Shown: in pieces, positions 13,531 to 27,942 of the stretch
How the letters are laid out: each line of letters opens with the position of its first letter
How positions within the stretch are numbered: the stretch's first letter is position 1
Assembly: GCF_006345805.1 (NCBI RefSeq)
Contig: NC_043005.1
Span: 18,972,001-19,036,000, forward strand
DNA: 64,000 nucleotides
Direction of reading: 5' to 3'
From: Octopus sinensis
Lineage: Eukaryota
The notes under the pieces: generated by a model
What the model saw: only the letters and a program-made list of their open reading frames with translations
Databases searched by the model: none
Told to the model about the DNA's origin: nothing
Position numbers and translations under genes: made by a program

Positions 13531-13945
13531 ACTACTACTACTACTACTATACTACTACTACTACTACTACAGTGATCCGTGGTCTCCAGTGTTGCTTATT
13601 TTCACGTCAGCTCCAGTCAGGCTTTCCCAGCCCACTCATCTCTGTAACGTTACCAGAATTTTATACACATCCGGATACCACACTTGCCACTTACTCTAGT
13701 CTTTTCGTCCATTAGTAGCGTCAGCAGCCCTCTTTTATTTCTTCCTTTCTCGTATGTTATCTTGCAGTCATTGAAGAGAAACAAGCGATATTACACTCAA
13801 CAGTGTCGAGAGTCCTGCAGAGTCATTTGTCCAGTCCCTAACTCAGAAAAAAAAAGTTACTAAAAAAGTGCATAGTCCTGAACTGGATTCGCACAAGAAA
13901 CTTTTTGTTCCAAACAAATGGTGAAGGTATCTTTATGTATTTATA

Positions 13946-14187
13946 TAGGGTGGGCCAAAAGTAGGTACTCATCTCTGATGCTTTTAGTGAAATTGATTCA
14001 GATCGGAATTTGTGTCGTGTTGTGCGTCGCAGTGTTCTGGAAAGATTTGGGAAATGTTGCAATATTGAAGGACATTTCGAGAATTTACGAGGTTAAACTG
14101 TTTTAATAAATGTAATTGTAATAACTAAGTGTAAATGTAATAAAATGAAAAGCATTTAAAGTGTACACCTACTTTTAGTCCACCCTG
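13946..14187. mobile_element. Tc1/mariner-type MITE
   Basis: TA|TAGGGTGGGCCAAAAGTAGGT ... ACCTACTTTTAGTCCACCCTG|TA; TA target duplication. Confidence 0.85.
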
Positions 14188-14221
14188 TATGTTCACCAAC
14201 GGCTTATTGAATAATGAACAG

Positions 14222-14545
14222 TGAAGGCGCGTCTTGTAATGGTTGGGGTATTCGGCCACACTCGTAAGGTCATGAATTCGAAAACAGGCGTCGCATTGTA
14301 TCCTTGAACAACACACTTTATTTCACGTTGCTCTAATCCTCTCAGTTGGCAAAAATTAGTTGTACCTGAAACTCAAATGGCCAGCTTTATGATATTCCGT
14401 GTCACACTGAATCGCCCCAAGAACTACGTTAAGGGTACACATGTATGTGGCGCATTAATTTCTTGCACATTAATTTCTCGGTCAGGCTGTTCTGTTGATC
14501 GGATTAACTGGAATCCTTGTCGTCGTAATCGACTGAGTTTATTAA
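14222..14545 (+). mobile_element. Degenerate SINE, head C + tail 2
   Basis: TGAAGGCGC head with CTTGAACAACACACTTTATTTCACGTTGCT body; tail matches 15770-15940 and 17040-17225. Confidence 0.75.
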
Positions 14546-14917
14546 ATAATGATATTGCTATCCTTATTCGGAAATAAACACTCACTATTCAAACCGTAAT
14601 CCATTTCTTGACCAAGTATATGAACATGAATGAAGTATCTCATAATAATTGTAGGTCAGGCCAATTGAAATTCAATAAATAAAGTATAGTTTAGACATAC
14701 GCTCTAAAGATAGAATTAAGAATCCAACATGTCTTCTATTTGAACGTTGAAGCTAATATTTTCTCATTACTTTTCATAATTTTTGCAGCGACTTGAAATC
14801 TATATTTTACGCCTTATATCTTATACGCCTCTTGGACACTAGTATTTTAATCTCAAGACTGATAATTTCTCGTGACTGTGTTTATTACAGCCTACCTCCT
14901 TCTCTGGTCGCCATATT

Positions 14918-14972
<55 letters not shown>

Positions 14973-15468
14973 TAGCGCTTTCTCTCCTTGAGGTATATCT
15001 TTGTTATCATTGTTCGTGTTAATGAACTGGAACAGAGAGTCCATAAAACAGTGTACTAACTGTTTTCTTTGGCCAATTCTTCATTGCATAACCAGTTTCA
15101 CAGTTCATCAGTCTTAAACATATTTCTGTCTTTATTTATCGAGCTATATTTAGATTTCTCTAATGTAATGCGTCAGACATTTTAAAGTAAATAAGAATCA
15201 ATCATTTGTTTAACTCGCACAATGTGTCCTTGACTGTTTCTTTGACACTTTTTCGCATTCGCCACCGACGAATGCGAGAAAGTTCTCCAGAAAAATTAAC
15301 AAGGAATCTTAAAATATCTCCGCACCAAAGGTAACAAACAACTTACTAGATCTAAGAATCAAATTGTAAAATTATATCATTAGAAAATTGAATTGATTAG
15401 AACTTATTCTTCTCCTTTTTCATATATATATATATATACACACTCACACACACACACACACGCACGCA

Positions 15469-15533
<65 letters not shown>

Positions 15534-15561
15534 TATATATATACACACACACTATTGGTTC

Positions 15562-15940
15562 CGCAATAGCCCAGTGGTTAGGACAGCGGACTCGCGGTCA
15601 TAAGATCGCAGTTTCGATTCCTAGACCGGACCTTGTGAGTGTTTATTGAGAGAAATCATCTAAAGCTTCACAAGGCTCCAGCAGAGGGTGGTGGCGAACA
15701 CTACTATATTCTTTCACTGCAACCTTCTCTCACTCTTTCTTCCTGTTTCTCTTGTACCTGAATTTCAAAGTGCCAGCCTTATCACGCTCTGAGTCACGCT
15801 GAATATCCCCAGAGAATTACGTTAAGTGTACACGTGTCTGTGGAGTTCTCAGCCACTTACACGTTAATTTCACCAGCAAGCTGTTCCGTTGATCGGATCA
15901 ACTGGAACCCTCGTCGTCGTAACTGACGGAGTGCCACGAT
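15562..15940 (+). mobile_element. SINE, head B + tail 2
   Basis: Match to 16847-17228. Confidence 0.88.
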
Positions 15941-15950
15941 ATATATACTA

Positions 15951-16355
15951 TGCAGGAGTGGCTGTGTGGTAAGTAGCTTGCTAACCAACCACATGGTTCC
16001 GGGTTCAGTCCCACTGCGTGGCATCTTGGGCAAGTGTCTTCTGCTATAGCCCCGGGCCGACCAATGCCTTGTGAGTGGATTTGATAGACAGAAACTGAAA
16101 GAAGCCTGTCGAATATATGTATATATATATGTGTGTGTATGTGTGTGTTTGTGTGTCTGTGTTTGTCTCCCTAGCATTGCTTGACAACCGATGCTGGTGT
16201 GTTTACGTCCCCGTAACTTAGCGGTCCGGCAAAAGAGACCGATAGAATAAGTACTGGGCTTACAAAGAATAAGTCCCGGGGTCGATTTGCTCGACTAAAG
16301 GCGGTGCTCCAGCATGGCCGCAGTCATGACTGAAACAAGTAAAAGAGTAAAAGAG
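15951..16355 (+). mobile_element. SINE family A, full length
   Basis: Near-identical to 9221-9630. Confidence 0.93.
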
Positions 16356-16846
16356 TATATATGATACATATATATGCGTGCGTGCGTGTGTGTGTGCGTG
16401 CACGTGTGTATGTGTATGCATATATAAATGTATTTATGTGTATAACAAAATGCAAATTGGGAAATTATACAGTCATTTCAATTCTTAGATCATTCCAATC
16501 TTGCTTTTTTTTACGCCAATTTCACGCCTTCAATACATATTTCAGTATATTTAGTGTGTAACAATGATGATGTCACACAAATTTTTATCCCCATAAATTC
16601 TGATATGTTCATTATTTTCGCGATCCATATAGTTTTTCGCCTCTGAAGAGCGAGCAATGACTTTTAGGTTCAAAAAGTGACGGTGAAGCTTTTGTTTCAG
16701 CGGTCAGAGTTTTGTGTTTTTAGTTTGACCATGAAATACCGACAGTTAACTAGGTTTCTCACAGACGCGGGTTGACCGGGAACTATCACCATTATCGACT
16801 CTTTGTAATTGCGTCTTTTGTTGAAGCACTTACAGTGTGTATAAGT

Positions 16847-17228
16847 GGAGGCGCAATGGCCCAGTGGTTAGGGCAGTGGACTCGTGGTCGTAGGATCGCG
16901 GTTTCGATTCCCAGACCGAGCGCTGTCAGTGTTTATTGAGCAAAAACACCTAAAGCTCCACGAGGCTCCGGTAGGGATGGTGGTGATCCCTGCTGTACTC
17001 TTTCACCACAACTTTCTCTCACTCTTACTTCCTATTTCTGTTGTACCTGTATTTCAAAGGGCCGGCCTTGTCACTCTCTGTGTCACGCTGAATATCCCCG
17101 AGAACTACGTTTTGGGTACACGTGTCTGTGGAGTGCTCAGCCACTTACACGTTAATTTCACGAGCAGGCTGTTCCGTTGATTCGGATCAACCGGAACCCT
17201 CATCGTCGTAACCGACGGAGTGCTTCCA
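16847..17228 (+). mobile_element. SINE, head B + tail 2
   Basis: GGAGGCGCAATGGCCCAGTGGTTAGGGC head; tail ending CGTAACCGACGGAGTGC. Confidence 0.9.
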
Positions 17229-17971
17229 CACAGTGTATAAATGCTGGAGGTTTTGTTTTGCCACACCGGTGTAAATCTTCGCCGTCGTGAGAGATTATGA
17301 TTGAGAGGATCTAAGGATCTGCATCTGTAATTTAGCGCAAAAAGGTGGTGATATGCGAAAAGTATTTGACAGACACCATACGTGCTTAGGCAGGGTGAAA
17401 TAAATATCATATTTATGCATAGCTAGGTATAACTATATATGCAGGCAGCTATGTTTGTACTTATGTATATATATCCATGTTTGCTTACTATAAAGCGCCA
17501 TCTTTAGTTTGCATCCGCATATGTGTGTATGTGTTTGTGTGTATGTGAATGAGTATATGTTTGTTTGTATTGTGAATGTGTGAGCGCTTGTATGCGGGTA
17601 TACGTGTACGTATGTATTCGTGTGTGTGTGTGTGCATGTGTTTGTGTGTGTTTCTGAGCATACGGCTATGCTATAATTTTCTTATCGTATGATCTTCTGT
17701 ATACCCATGAATGTCAGATGCGACTGCGGCATAAATGCCTAAGATTTACGACAAGGAGAAAGAGAAAAATGAAAAATGAAACGAAAAAGAATCAAAATAA
17801 ATGTAAAAAACGGGTGGATGGATACGTGAAGTGAAGACTAAAATTAAAAGGTAGGAGAGTTGGGAATTAGCAAGATGAAAAATATACTGTCGAATAAACT
17901 GGAATCTATAGAGACGGGTAGAATGAAGGAAACGGATTGGTGGATGAGAATGAGAAGCGGTCGTGGTAGTA

Positions 17972-18004
<33 letters not shown>

Positions 18005-18186
18005 AAAAAGAAGGAGAGAAGAGAAAAGAAGAAAAGAAAAAAGGAGAAGAAGAGAAGAAGAAGAGAAGAAGAAGAAAAAGGCCAGAAGACGATATATCTA
18101 AAATGTTTAAGATGTGTGTGCATATGTATGTATGTATACATCTATATAGATATATAGATTATATATATATATATATTATATAAAAG

Positions 18187-18221
<35 letters not shown>

Positions 18222-18242
18222 TATATATATACATATATATAT

Positions 18243-18280
<38 letters not shown>

Positions 18281-18321
18281 CATATATATATATATACATG
18301 TGTGTATATATATATATATAT

Positions 18322-21300
18322 CCACACACCCATTTACCTGAACAAAACGCCTATCCCCACAAACTACAACAGCAACCACCATAATACAACATCACCACAC
18401 CACCAATATATCAAAACAAGGAATCCCCAAATCTGCCGCTATTCCCAGCGAGACAGATTGTGCTTGCACAGGGATTGCCCCTTACCATCTCCCGGGGACT
18501 GTCGGACATTTAAAGATAACCACTCACATAAAAATAGCCGCGGCCACAGTCACCTGCGGTTCCCTAGACAGGAAACCACCTCTTCTTCCTCTTTTTAGCT
18601 ATAATGAATCTAGCAAAAGAACTGGAAAAAAAACATCCGAGCTATCCACCCACCGCCATCTCACCACTATTACCCCAGCACATGCCATTAAAAAGCAATC
18701 AAATAAACAAATCACCAAAACAATTAAAACCATCCACTCTCGCCTCAACATTTCTGCTTATGCCCAAGGCATCAGCCCTTCCACCAATACACAAAATGGA
18801 GATAAGATTCCTGGAGGACTGGGTCGAGGCCCATCCAAACCACATCCCTTCTTCGTCCTCACTGAAACCCATCTTAGTGACCTCCACTTGGAAGCCGAGG
18901 TGAAGTTAAAAATTTCAAATCCATTAGTGCTGATCGTGTTGGCAGAAGAAAGGGTGGGACTGCTATTTATGTCCATGATTCATTCTCAACAGAAGCCATG
19001 AACATATTTCGAATGGATACTGCGAAGCAGTTGCTGTATTCAGTCAAACAACAACTTAACAGTAGTTGGGCTCTACAGACCACCCCAAACGCTCCTACCA
19101 TGCTTCAAGGAATGCCTCAACAGCATAAAGTGTTTCATCAGCAGTGTCAACCTGACAACATTTTAATGATGGGAGATTTCAACCTTCCCAGGGTTGATGG
19201 TCTACAAAAACAGTCTGCCGCCAGGTTCTTCTCTTCAACCCCTGACAGGGAGGCAGTGGATCGCTTCTTGACTTCATGGATGACTTCTTCTTGTCCCAAC
19301 TGGTACTCGAACCAACGAGATGTCACAAAAACGTCTTAGACTTAATTTTCAGCAATCACACTGATACTATCCACAATATTGCGTGGAGAAAAACCCTACT
19401 CTCCGACCATGACATGGTTCTCTGTGATCTGAGATTTCACTGGCCAAAATGCAAAACAAATGTCATCCCTCCGCTCATCCATTTGACACTAGATGGATTT
19501 CCACAATGCAAACTGGGAAGCGATCAATAATGATCTTGCCACAAGTCGATTGGTCCTTCACGCACACATACACACCACTAACATCAAAAAGTCCTGGCAG
19601 TCACTTGTAGACACATCACGAACATATGTGCAAGACACACCCCATTAAGATCTGCAAACAAATCTAAGTGTCGAATCCTAGAAATAGAAAATCTCTCATA
19701 AGGAAAATTAAAAGAATCAACAAAAGATCAACATGCTGAAATACTGTCAAACAGCAAACACACCACACCTGACTGCAATCTCGTCGCTAGAGATTAAAAA
19801 ACAGAAACTCCAAAACAACATGATGTCTATCATCAATAGTCAGCGAAGAGCTGAAGAGGCCTGGGCCATGAGAAGATCAAACTCATCCCAAAGTGTTCTT
19901 TTCATTGCAAAAAAACACAGAGTCACTGGTTCTTGTTGGCCCTCTGATTGATGAAAATGGTACTTTCAAGACAATGCCAAAACCATGGGAGAAATATTGC
20001 AGAAACAATATTGCTCTGTTTCAGCAATCCTGATATGACTGATCTGGGCTGTATCAGTGATGTTACTCCCCAATACACTTTATCGGACATAACATTTGCG
20101 CTCCTGATGTCTTAGCAGCAATAAAGGAAATGAAGAATAATTCAGCAGTAGTCCCGATAGGTCCCTGCTTGTGTCTTGAAGATGTGTCAAAACCAACTTG
20201 CACCCCCTCTAGCCAATCTGTGGCGGAACTCATGGATGCTGGATATATACCAGAAGACCTTCTATCCCAGTCTGTTGTCCCCAGTTTTCAAAAAGGAAAC
20301 AAATCGCTTGCCGTGAATTACCGTCCAATCTCACTCACATCTCATATCATCAAGGTATTTGAGAGGGTGCTGAGATCGCGTATGACTCACTTCCTTGAGA
20401 AGTCATAATATGCTGAACCCCACACAGCATGGATTCGTAATGGGAGAGATTGCCTGACGCAGCTACTGCATCATTTTGATGACATTTTGAGAGCCTTGGG
20501 AGAGGGTTCCAACACTGATGTCATACCTTGATTTCAGCAAGGCCTTTGACAGGTTGATCATAAGATCCTTCTGAGAAAGCTGTCCAATATTGGTGTCACT
20601 GGGAAAGCTGCTGCAATGGATCAAGTGCTTCTCTCTAACAGAACCCAACATGTTGTAGTCGAAGAGTCAAATCCAGCCCAGCCAAAGTCAGCAGTGGTGT
20701 CCCACAAGGCACTGTGTTGGGCCCACTTCTCTTCATCATCTACATAAAATGATATTACTGAAACCATCAAACACAGCAACATCAGAACCTTCGCTGAGGA
20801 TTCCAAGCCCCAGAAGGTCATCAATGGCGTGATGACCGAATAAACCTTCAGTCAGACCTACTGGCTCTTGTCCAATGGGCGGAAAAGAATAACATGTGCT
20901 AAATGAAGACAAATTCGAACTGATCCACTTTGGAAGGGAGGACGCTCTGAAAACTCCCATACTCTCTTCCTTCTGGAGAAATTCTCATGGCATCAAACAA
21001 CATCAGAGACCCTGGGAGTACACAGTGGACAACAACATAAGCTGGGCTACACATATAAGCAGCAAAGTTGTGACATGGCCCGCAGAATGTGTTCCTGGAT
21101 TCAGAACCTTCCAGTCGAGAGATTCCCACGCTATTATCCTTCTCTTCTCCACTTTTGCCCGACCCCACCTTGAATACTGCTGTCCACTGTGGTCTCCCTA
21201 CACAAACAAAATATTATGAGAATTGAAGCTCCCCAAAGGTCAATCACAAAAAAGATAGATGGCATGTCAGACCTTGACTACTGGGGTAGACTAGAGAAGC

Positions 21301-21758
21301 TGAAAATTGTATTCACTCAACGACGCCGTGAACGCTACATTATCTGTATGATGTGGAAAATATTCCATCAGCACTGTCCGAATGATGTTGGCATCACCTT
21401 CAAAATGCATCCAAGGCTGGACCACGTGCCATCCGTCCACAACAAAAATCTAAATCGCATCACATAACGACAATACGGCACAACTATTTCACCTCATTGG
21501 ACCGCTCTCTTCAACATTACACCAGGACACGTCAAAAAAGAAACTGACCACACAAAATTCAAGAAGTTTGGACAAATTCCTTCAAACAGTACCGGACAAA
21601 CCACCCACACCCGGATATGTCTCTGCAAACAATAACTCTCTGCTCGAATGGGCCTTGGTGCCCAAATCCTGAAGAAAGACTTCGCCAGGTGGTGCTATTA
21701 AGTTAGACATGGCCTGGGCCAATACTGGCCAAAAACCTTTCTAAGTTATTCTAAGTTA
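18322..21758 (+). mobile_element. Long CR1/L2-group LINE (ORF1 remnant, AP endonuclease, RT), frameshifted
   Basis: GDFNLP endonuclease motif; NYRPISLTSHIIKVFERV; LDFSKAFD- and FADDSK-like motifs; RPHLEYCCPLWSPY; 3' tail (CTAAGTTATT)2; (TA)n on both sides. Confidence 0.92.
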
Positions 21759-21868
21759 TATATATATATATATATATAATATATATATCTATATACATAT
21801 ATAATATATATATATATATATATATGTATATATTATATATATATATATAATATATATTATATAGTATA

Positions 21869-21899
<31 letters not shown>

Positions 21900-22092
21900 C
21901 ATTTATATATATATCTATATATTTATATCTATCTATTATTGATATTCCCATACAGACTACAAGCTTAACACGAACGGATATATTTCTGGGATATTGTTCA
22001 ATATAAATCTACACACGCATAATATGCACACAATCATTTAAATAAAGATTCTGCATAAATATCCATGATATATATGTACATATGCCAACATA

Positions 22093-22400
22093 TGTGACGG
22101 CGCATGGCTCAGAAGTCAGGCTCACAATCAAGAGGTAGTGAGTTCCATTTCCGAACCGGGCTGCGTGTTGTATTCTTGAGCAAGATACTTTATTTTGACG
22201 TTGCTCCAGTTCGTTCAGTGCGACGTCACTGATGTCTAGCTGTATGGGACTTTGCCTTTCCCTTTCACATCGGTGGCGTGGAGGGGGGAGGCTGGCATGC
22301 ATGGGCAACTGTTGGACTTTCATAAACGACTTTGCCCGGATTTGTACCTCGGAGTGTAACTCTCTGGGTGCAATCCTCTTGTCATTCATGATCGAAGAGA
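22093..22400 (+). mobile_element. SINE, head C + tail 3
   Basis: Match to 28626, 31727, 43289. Confidence 0.85.
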
Positions 22401-22436
22401 CTATTTACCTTATGCATACATATGTATACCACACAC

Positions 22437-22474
<38 letters not shown>

Positions 22475-22522
22475 TTATAGTTATATGTATGTATGTATGT
22501 ATGTATGTACGTATCTATTTAT

Positions 22523-22826
22523 ATCACGTGATCACGTGACCAACCAGACCATCAGATGTTGTTACACATCGCTGGTCACAATGCATTCGCATTGTTTTAG
22601 CCTTCGAATGACGCCACCCCGCTGGCTAAGCAAGCAGGCCAACAGAAGAAAGAGTGGGAGAAAGAGTGGTGAAAGAGTACAGCAGGGATCACCACCCCCT
22701 GCCGGAGCCTCGTGGAGCTTTAGGTGTTTTCGCTCAATAAACACTCACAACGCCCGGTCTGGTAATCGAAACCGCGATCCTGCGACCGCGAGTCCGCTGC
22801 CCTAACCACTAGGCCATTGCGCCTCC
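22523..22826 (-). mobile_element. SINE, head B + tail 1
   Basis: Reverse-complement match to 3657-3953. Confidence 0.92.
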
Positions 22827-24639
22827 ACATCTATTTATATATATATACATATCCTCTGGAACGGATTCATATATATTTCTAATAAATTTTATTTTAAAAA
22901 CCAAGGGAGATAACCCATTCATTTTCCTAAATTGAGTATGCTTATTTCTTAGTATTTGAACTGTTAGAGCTGTTTTCAAAATTTATCCAGTACAACCCTG
23001 AAACAGGTAAATAGTATTTTCCTAAACGATAGATCGACTTATTTCGGTTAGTGACTTATTCATGAATATACCAACACTAGCTCCCCTGAGGGTAATATTC
23101 TCTGGAAACGCACAAAAGTCATTTTCAGAGTTAAGTACTGTGAATTGTTACTATTTCAGATTAGCCTGTTATTACGAAACATGCTTCACGATTTTAATAT
23201 ATTAGTAGTTTCCCCTATGTTCTATATACTCTGTAAACGCATTAAAACCCATTTCCGGGGCTACTTTATTTGAATTCTTACTGTCGGGTAACTAATTTCA
23301 TATTATTACATAAATGACTTCACAATTTGGGTATTCATAAATTATTGGGAATTCTTAAAAACAAGATCCTGTGTAAGACAGTTCGGTATTATCTGCCAAT
23401 GCAGAAAAACCATTTTAAGAGCTACATATTTCGTATTATTACTATTGGATTAGCGAAACAATTCTGAGAACCGAACCAAGGGGTAAGCCCCCCATCCCGG
23501 GAATTACCACGCATGTCAGCTAGTATATACATATATATATTATATGTATATATTAATAGATAGATAGATATTGATATAAACATACGTAGATATATATATT
23601 GTTTGTGTGTATGTGTGAGTGTGTGTGTGTGTGTGTGTTTGTGTGTACATAATATATATAATAGACGTCTACATAGTTATGTGCGTGTTATTATGTCTTT
23701 CAGACATATGCATAGAGATTTGTCTTTGGATACTATTTTTGGTTTCTATACATTTTTATATTTGAATATTTTTAAATCCAGGAACTGTAAAAAAGAATCT
23801 ATCCATCTCTCGTAGAAAAGACATGATGCGTGTGATTGTACAGAGATGGTGAGAACCACGAAATTTTACAGATGTGATAAAATCGATAAAACATGCAATC
23901 TGTGTTGCAGATAACTTGTTAGTTTCTTGGGGGTTTTTAACTAGAAGTATCACATCAAAAATACATTAAAACAACAGTATATGCGTTTTCATTTCATACA
24001 TAACAGTAGCAAATTCTATACTATGAAAACTAAATCAACATTTTCGTTCTGTTTTTCTATAATTTATGAGCATTGCATTCGGAACAAATGAGAATCATTA
24101 TATATGGTAGCTAAATATTAATTTTCAATTTTCGAAACTTCTTTGACTACACTGGAACTTTTGGGATTCCAACTAGAATCAGTTGCAAATTACATACACT
24201 TTTCTCTCCTTTTGACCTTGATATTATTTTTGAGCAAGATTTGATATGCTTTCATTCGGTGTGTAACTTTATACACTCATATACTCTCTGATAAATTATT
24301 GCTTCAGAGAAAAAGAAAGAGATGAAGATAAAAACGAAGGGAAACTAAATAGCAAAGCAAAACATAAAAATTGCTAAAAAAAACAAAAATGGAAAGAGTA
24401 AAGTGGCAAATAAACGTATCAGATATTAGATCATAACAAAAAGAAGTTTATACTTCGATTGTCATATAACGTAATCGAGATATTCCAGTTAAGAAAATAT
24501 TTATTCTTTGTATAATTCATAGCGCCAGTGACTGACTGAAATGATATAGTCGTGAAATATTTTGTGACATTAAGTTATACCTAGTCTCGTTCGTTCTGGC
24601 TTCAAATCCCGCTTTACATAGTTTTGTGGTAAAGAAAAT

Positions 24640-25355
24640 AAATATCATTTTCTGCTCGAGGCACAAGGCCCGAAATTTGGCGGGAGGGAGACAGTCGATT
24701 AAATCGACCCCGGGACGCAACTTCTATTTAATTTATCGACCCCGAAAGGATGAAAGGCAAAGTCAACCTCGGCAAAATTTGAACTCAGAACGTAAAGACA
24801 AATGAAATACCATTAAGCATTTTGCCCAGCTTAAATCCTTAAATCTTTAAAAATGTTTTAGCCCGAAGGCCACGGCCATGCTGGGGCACCAGCTGTTGAT
24901 GTTTCTTATTTTTTTATTACCCACAAGGGGCTAAACATAAAGGGTACAAATAAGGACAGACAAAGGTATTAAGTTGATTACATTGACACCGGTGTGTAAC
25001 TGGTGCTTAATTTATCGACCTTGAAAGGATGAAAGGCAAAATCGACCTCAGCGGAATTTGAAACCAGAACGTAAAGACAGATGAAATACCGTTAAACATT
25101 TTGCCCAACTTGCTAATGTTTCTTATTTCTTTATTACCCACAGGGGCTAAACACAGAGGGGACAAATAAGGACAGACAAAGGGATTAAGTCGATTACATT
25201 GACCCCAGTGCGTAACTGGTGCTTAATTTATCGACCCTGAAAGGATGAAAAGCAAAATCGACCTCGGCCAAATTTGAACTCAGAACGTAAAAACGGACGA
25301 AATACCGCTAAGTATATCGCCCGGTTTGCTAACGTTTCTGCCAGCTCGCCGCCTT
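24640..25355 (-). mobile_element. Cluster of three SINE D units (two in tandem)
   Basis: Repeated ATCGACCCCGAAAGGATGAAAGGCAAAGTCGACCTCGG cores; complete head GGCGGCGAGCTGGCAGAAACGTTAGC at the 25355 end. Confidence 0.9.
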
Positions 25356-25533
25356 AGACAAAATAAATATCAGACAAAGAATGAGGTCGTTCTAATCGCT
25401 TGCACAATGTTAGACATAGGAATGTTGGATGGAAGAATCGGTAGAAAGCCAAATAAAAATGCATTACGCTCGACGTCATATCCTGTTTGAGTCAAATATG
25501 CTTTTTACCATTCAATGGTCGATAAAAAAAAAT

Positions 25534-25821
25534 ATCACGTGACCACATGACCGACCAGGCTATCAGATGTTATTACACGTCTCTGGCCACAATGCACATT
25601 TGCATTGTTTTAGCCTTCAAATGACTCCACTTCAATGTCACCCGGCTGGCTAGACGAGCAAGCCAACGTTCCCCCTTGATCGAAAGTGGGGACTGAAGCA
25701 ACGTGAAATGAAGTGTCTTGCTCAGGAACACAACACACCGCCCACTCAGAGAATCGAACCCGCGATCGAGTGACCGTAAGTGAAACAGCGTAAGTGCAAC
25801 AGCGTAACCACGCGCCTTCAC
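25534..25821 (-). mobile_element. SINE, head C + tail 1
   Basis: Head TGAAGGCGCGTGG with CCTGAGCAAGACACTTCATTTCACGTTGCT body; tail GGCTAAAACAATGCAAATG...GTCACGTGAT. Confidence 0.8.
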
Positions 25822-26165
25822 GATAAAAGACATATAAGTTAGATACTGGCTTTGAATGTTTTCACCCCGAATATTTGAATTTTGTGCATTTTTATTGATT
25901 TAAACTAAGGGAAAAGAGCGGTGTGTTTGGCTTTTGCAGCAATACTGTAAACAATCTTCTTGAATAATCGAGGGCTGCTTGAGGAAAATATGTGGAAGAA
26001 AGAAATTTTATGGGGGAATGGCCCTGGGAAGAAAGGATTGAGTGTAATGGTTAGTGCTGGGTTTGGGAATGGATGCAAAATATGGGTCAGGAGAACAGGA
26101 GAGAAAGAGAATCGGGAGTGAGTGAGTGAGTGAGTGAGTGAGTGGGACGAACAAGCTCCGAGAAA

Positions 26166-26198
<33 letters not shown>

Positions 26199-26363
26199 CA
26201 ACAGCATTAGTAGCGACTGAAGAAGAAGAAGAAGAAGAAGAAGAAGAAGAAGAAGAAGAAGAAGAAGAAAGAAGAAGAAGAAGAAGAAGAAGAAATGATA
26301 AAATATTTTGAAATATGGCTGTTGTCTGATATTTACGGGAAGAAAATTGAATAATAGACGGAA

Positions 26364-26407
<44 letters not shown>

Positions 26408-27698
26408 TGTGTGTGTGTGTATGTGTGTGTGTGTGTGTCTGTGTGTACGTGTGTGTGTGTGTACCAGAAATGAAATAGCAAAACTTTTCAGAAATGTGTT
26501 GCAAATGTATTTTGAAATGTTTTACAGTTAAATGTCTTCTATTTTTTCCCATGTGACAAATAAAGACGGCTGGCAAAATCGTTAGAACATCGATCGAAAT
26601 AGTCTTGCGGTTGTTTATAAAAGTTGGTAGCAAATAATTTCTTCAATAGGTAAAATTTTGCCGAAAAACTCCAACACTAGTTATTTTGTATTGCGGTATT
26701 TAATTATGTTCCTTTGAAATACCACCAGAGTAGACTTCACTTTTCATACATTGGGGGAATCGATAAAATAAATACAGGTCAAGTACCGAGGCGTAATTTA
26801 ATTGACTGTTTATTTCATTCTTTTTGCTAAATAATATTTAAAAAAATAGAAAACAAAATTAAAACAAGAAACGTATGACCTTGTATTAAGGTTACAAATA
26901 TACATTCTGAGTCGTACATCTTGAAAAAAAAAGCGGCTATTTGAAAGCCAAAAAATATCAAATGAGATCTGATTTCTGAGTGTATGTGTATACGTATGTG
27001 TGTCTCTTAACGTGTAAGTATACGCATGCGCGAGTATGCATGTGTGTAGAGGGGTTGTTTTTATATTTTTCTGTTGTATTTTGTAAACCATAATGTCGAG
27101 CATCACGCAAAGATCGATATATTTCTAAAACAATTCTTGTCTCTCTCTCTCTTTAGACTTCTTGTAAATGACATGAGAACATTTGTTGAAATATAATGTC
27201 TTTTGCTATGATTAATTTTATGTTTCTATTTCACGTGTTACATTTCACGTGTTTCTATTTCTGTCTATGGTGTACACCATGCAAGTCGAGATCCAAGCAA
27301 GCCGAAACCGAACCCATGATTAAGTTATTCGATCTCTAATAAGGAACTTATCTTTATTTCATTTTATTTATACTGTCGTCATCGCTATCTGTCGTCATCG
27401 TTGTGTTTGTTTAAACCCAGATCAGCCCTAATCATTAGCCCTATGATCAAACACGTTCTCTTCGTAAGTATCCTGCCTCTTCATTCTTTAATCTTCTTCA
27501 CACGTAATTTTTGCAATGGCTCCTTCGTCCTTTCGTTTAATAACACATTTCGAGCGTGCCTTGGAAGATATTTGGCAGTTATTTCCAGTAGATTGCCTGA
27601 CCACTGAGAAACCTTTCCTTTGGCTTAAACTTCCTCTGCATACATATATGCGTTCTCGTGTGTAAACATAATCTCCATCTTCTCTCTTATTTTGTATG

Positions 27699-27742
<44 letters not shown>

Positions 27743-27745
<3 letters not shown>

Positions 27746-27873
27746 TTTTCTACTCTAGGCGCAAGGCCCGAAATTTTAGGGGAGGGGTCCAGTCGACCCC
27801 AATACGCAACTGGTACTTAATTTATCGATCCCGAAAGGATGAAAAGCAAAGCCGACCTCGACGGAACTTGAAC

Positions 27874-27874
<1 letters not shown>
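27743..27874 (-). mobile_element. SINE D fragment
   Basis: D core with alternative tail GGGCCTTGCGCCTAGAGTAGAAAAG. Confidence 0.8.

Positions 27875-27942
<68 letters not shown>

Noticed and set aside
15085-15116. CUGAUGA-ACUGU-GAAAC on the minus strand
   Set aside because: Stem II cannot form and stem I does not pair; chance match
22850-23520. Several partial GAAAC/CTGA-like strings
   Set aside because: Could not fold a consistent three-stem junction
25905-26633. Longest ORF in the track (242 aa, minus strand)
   Set aside because: Kept open by (TG)n, (GAA)n, (TAG)n and (GAGT)n repeats; no domain
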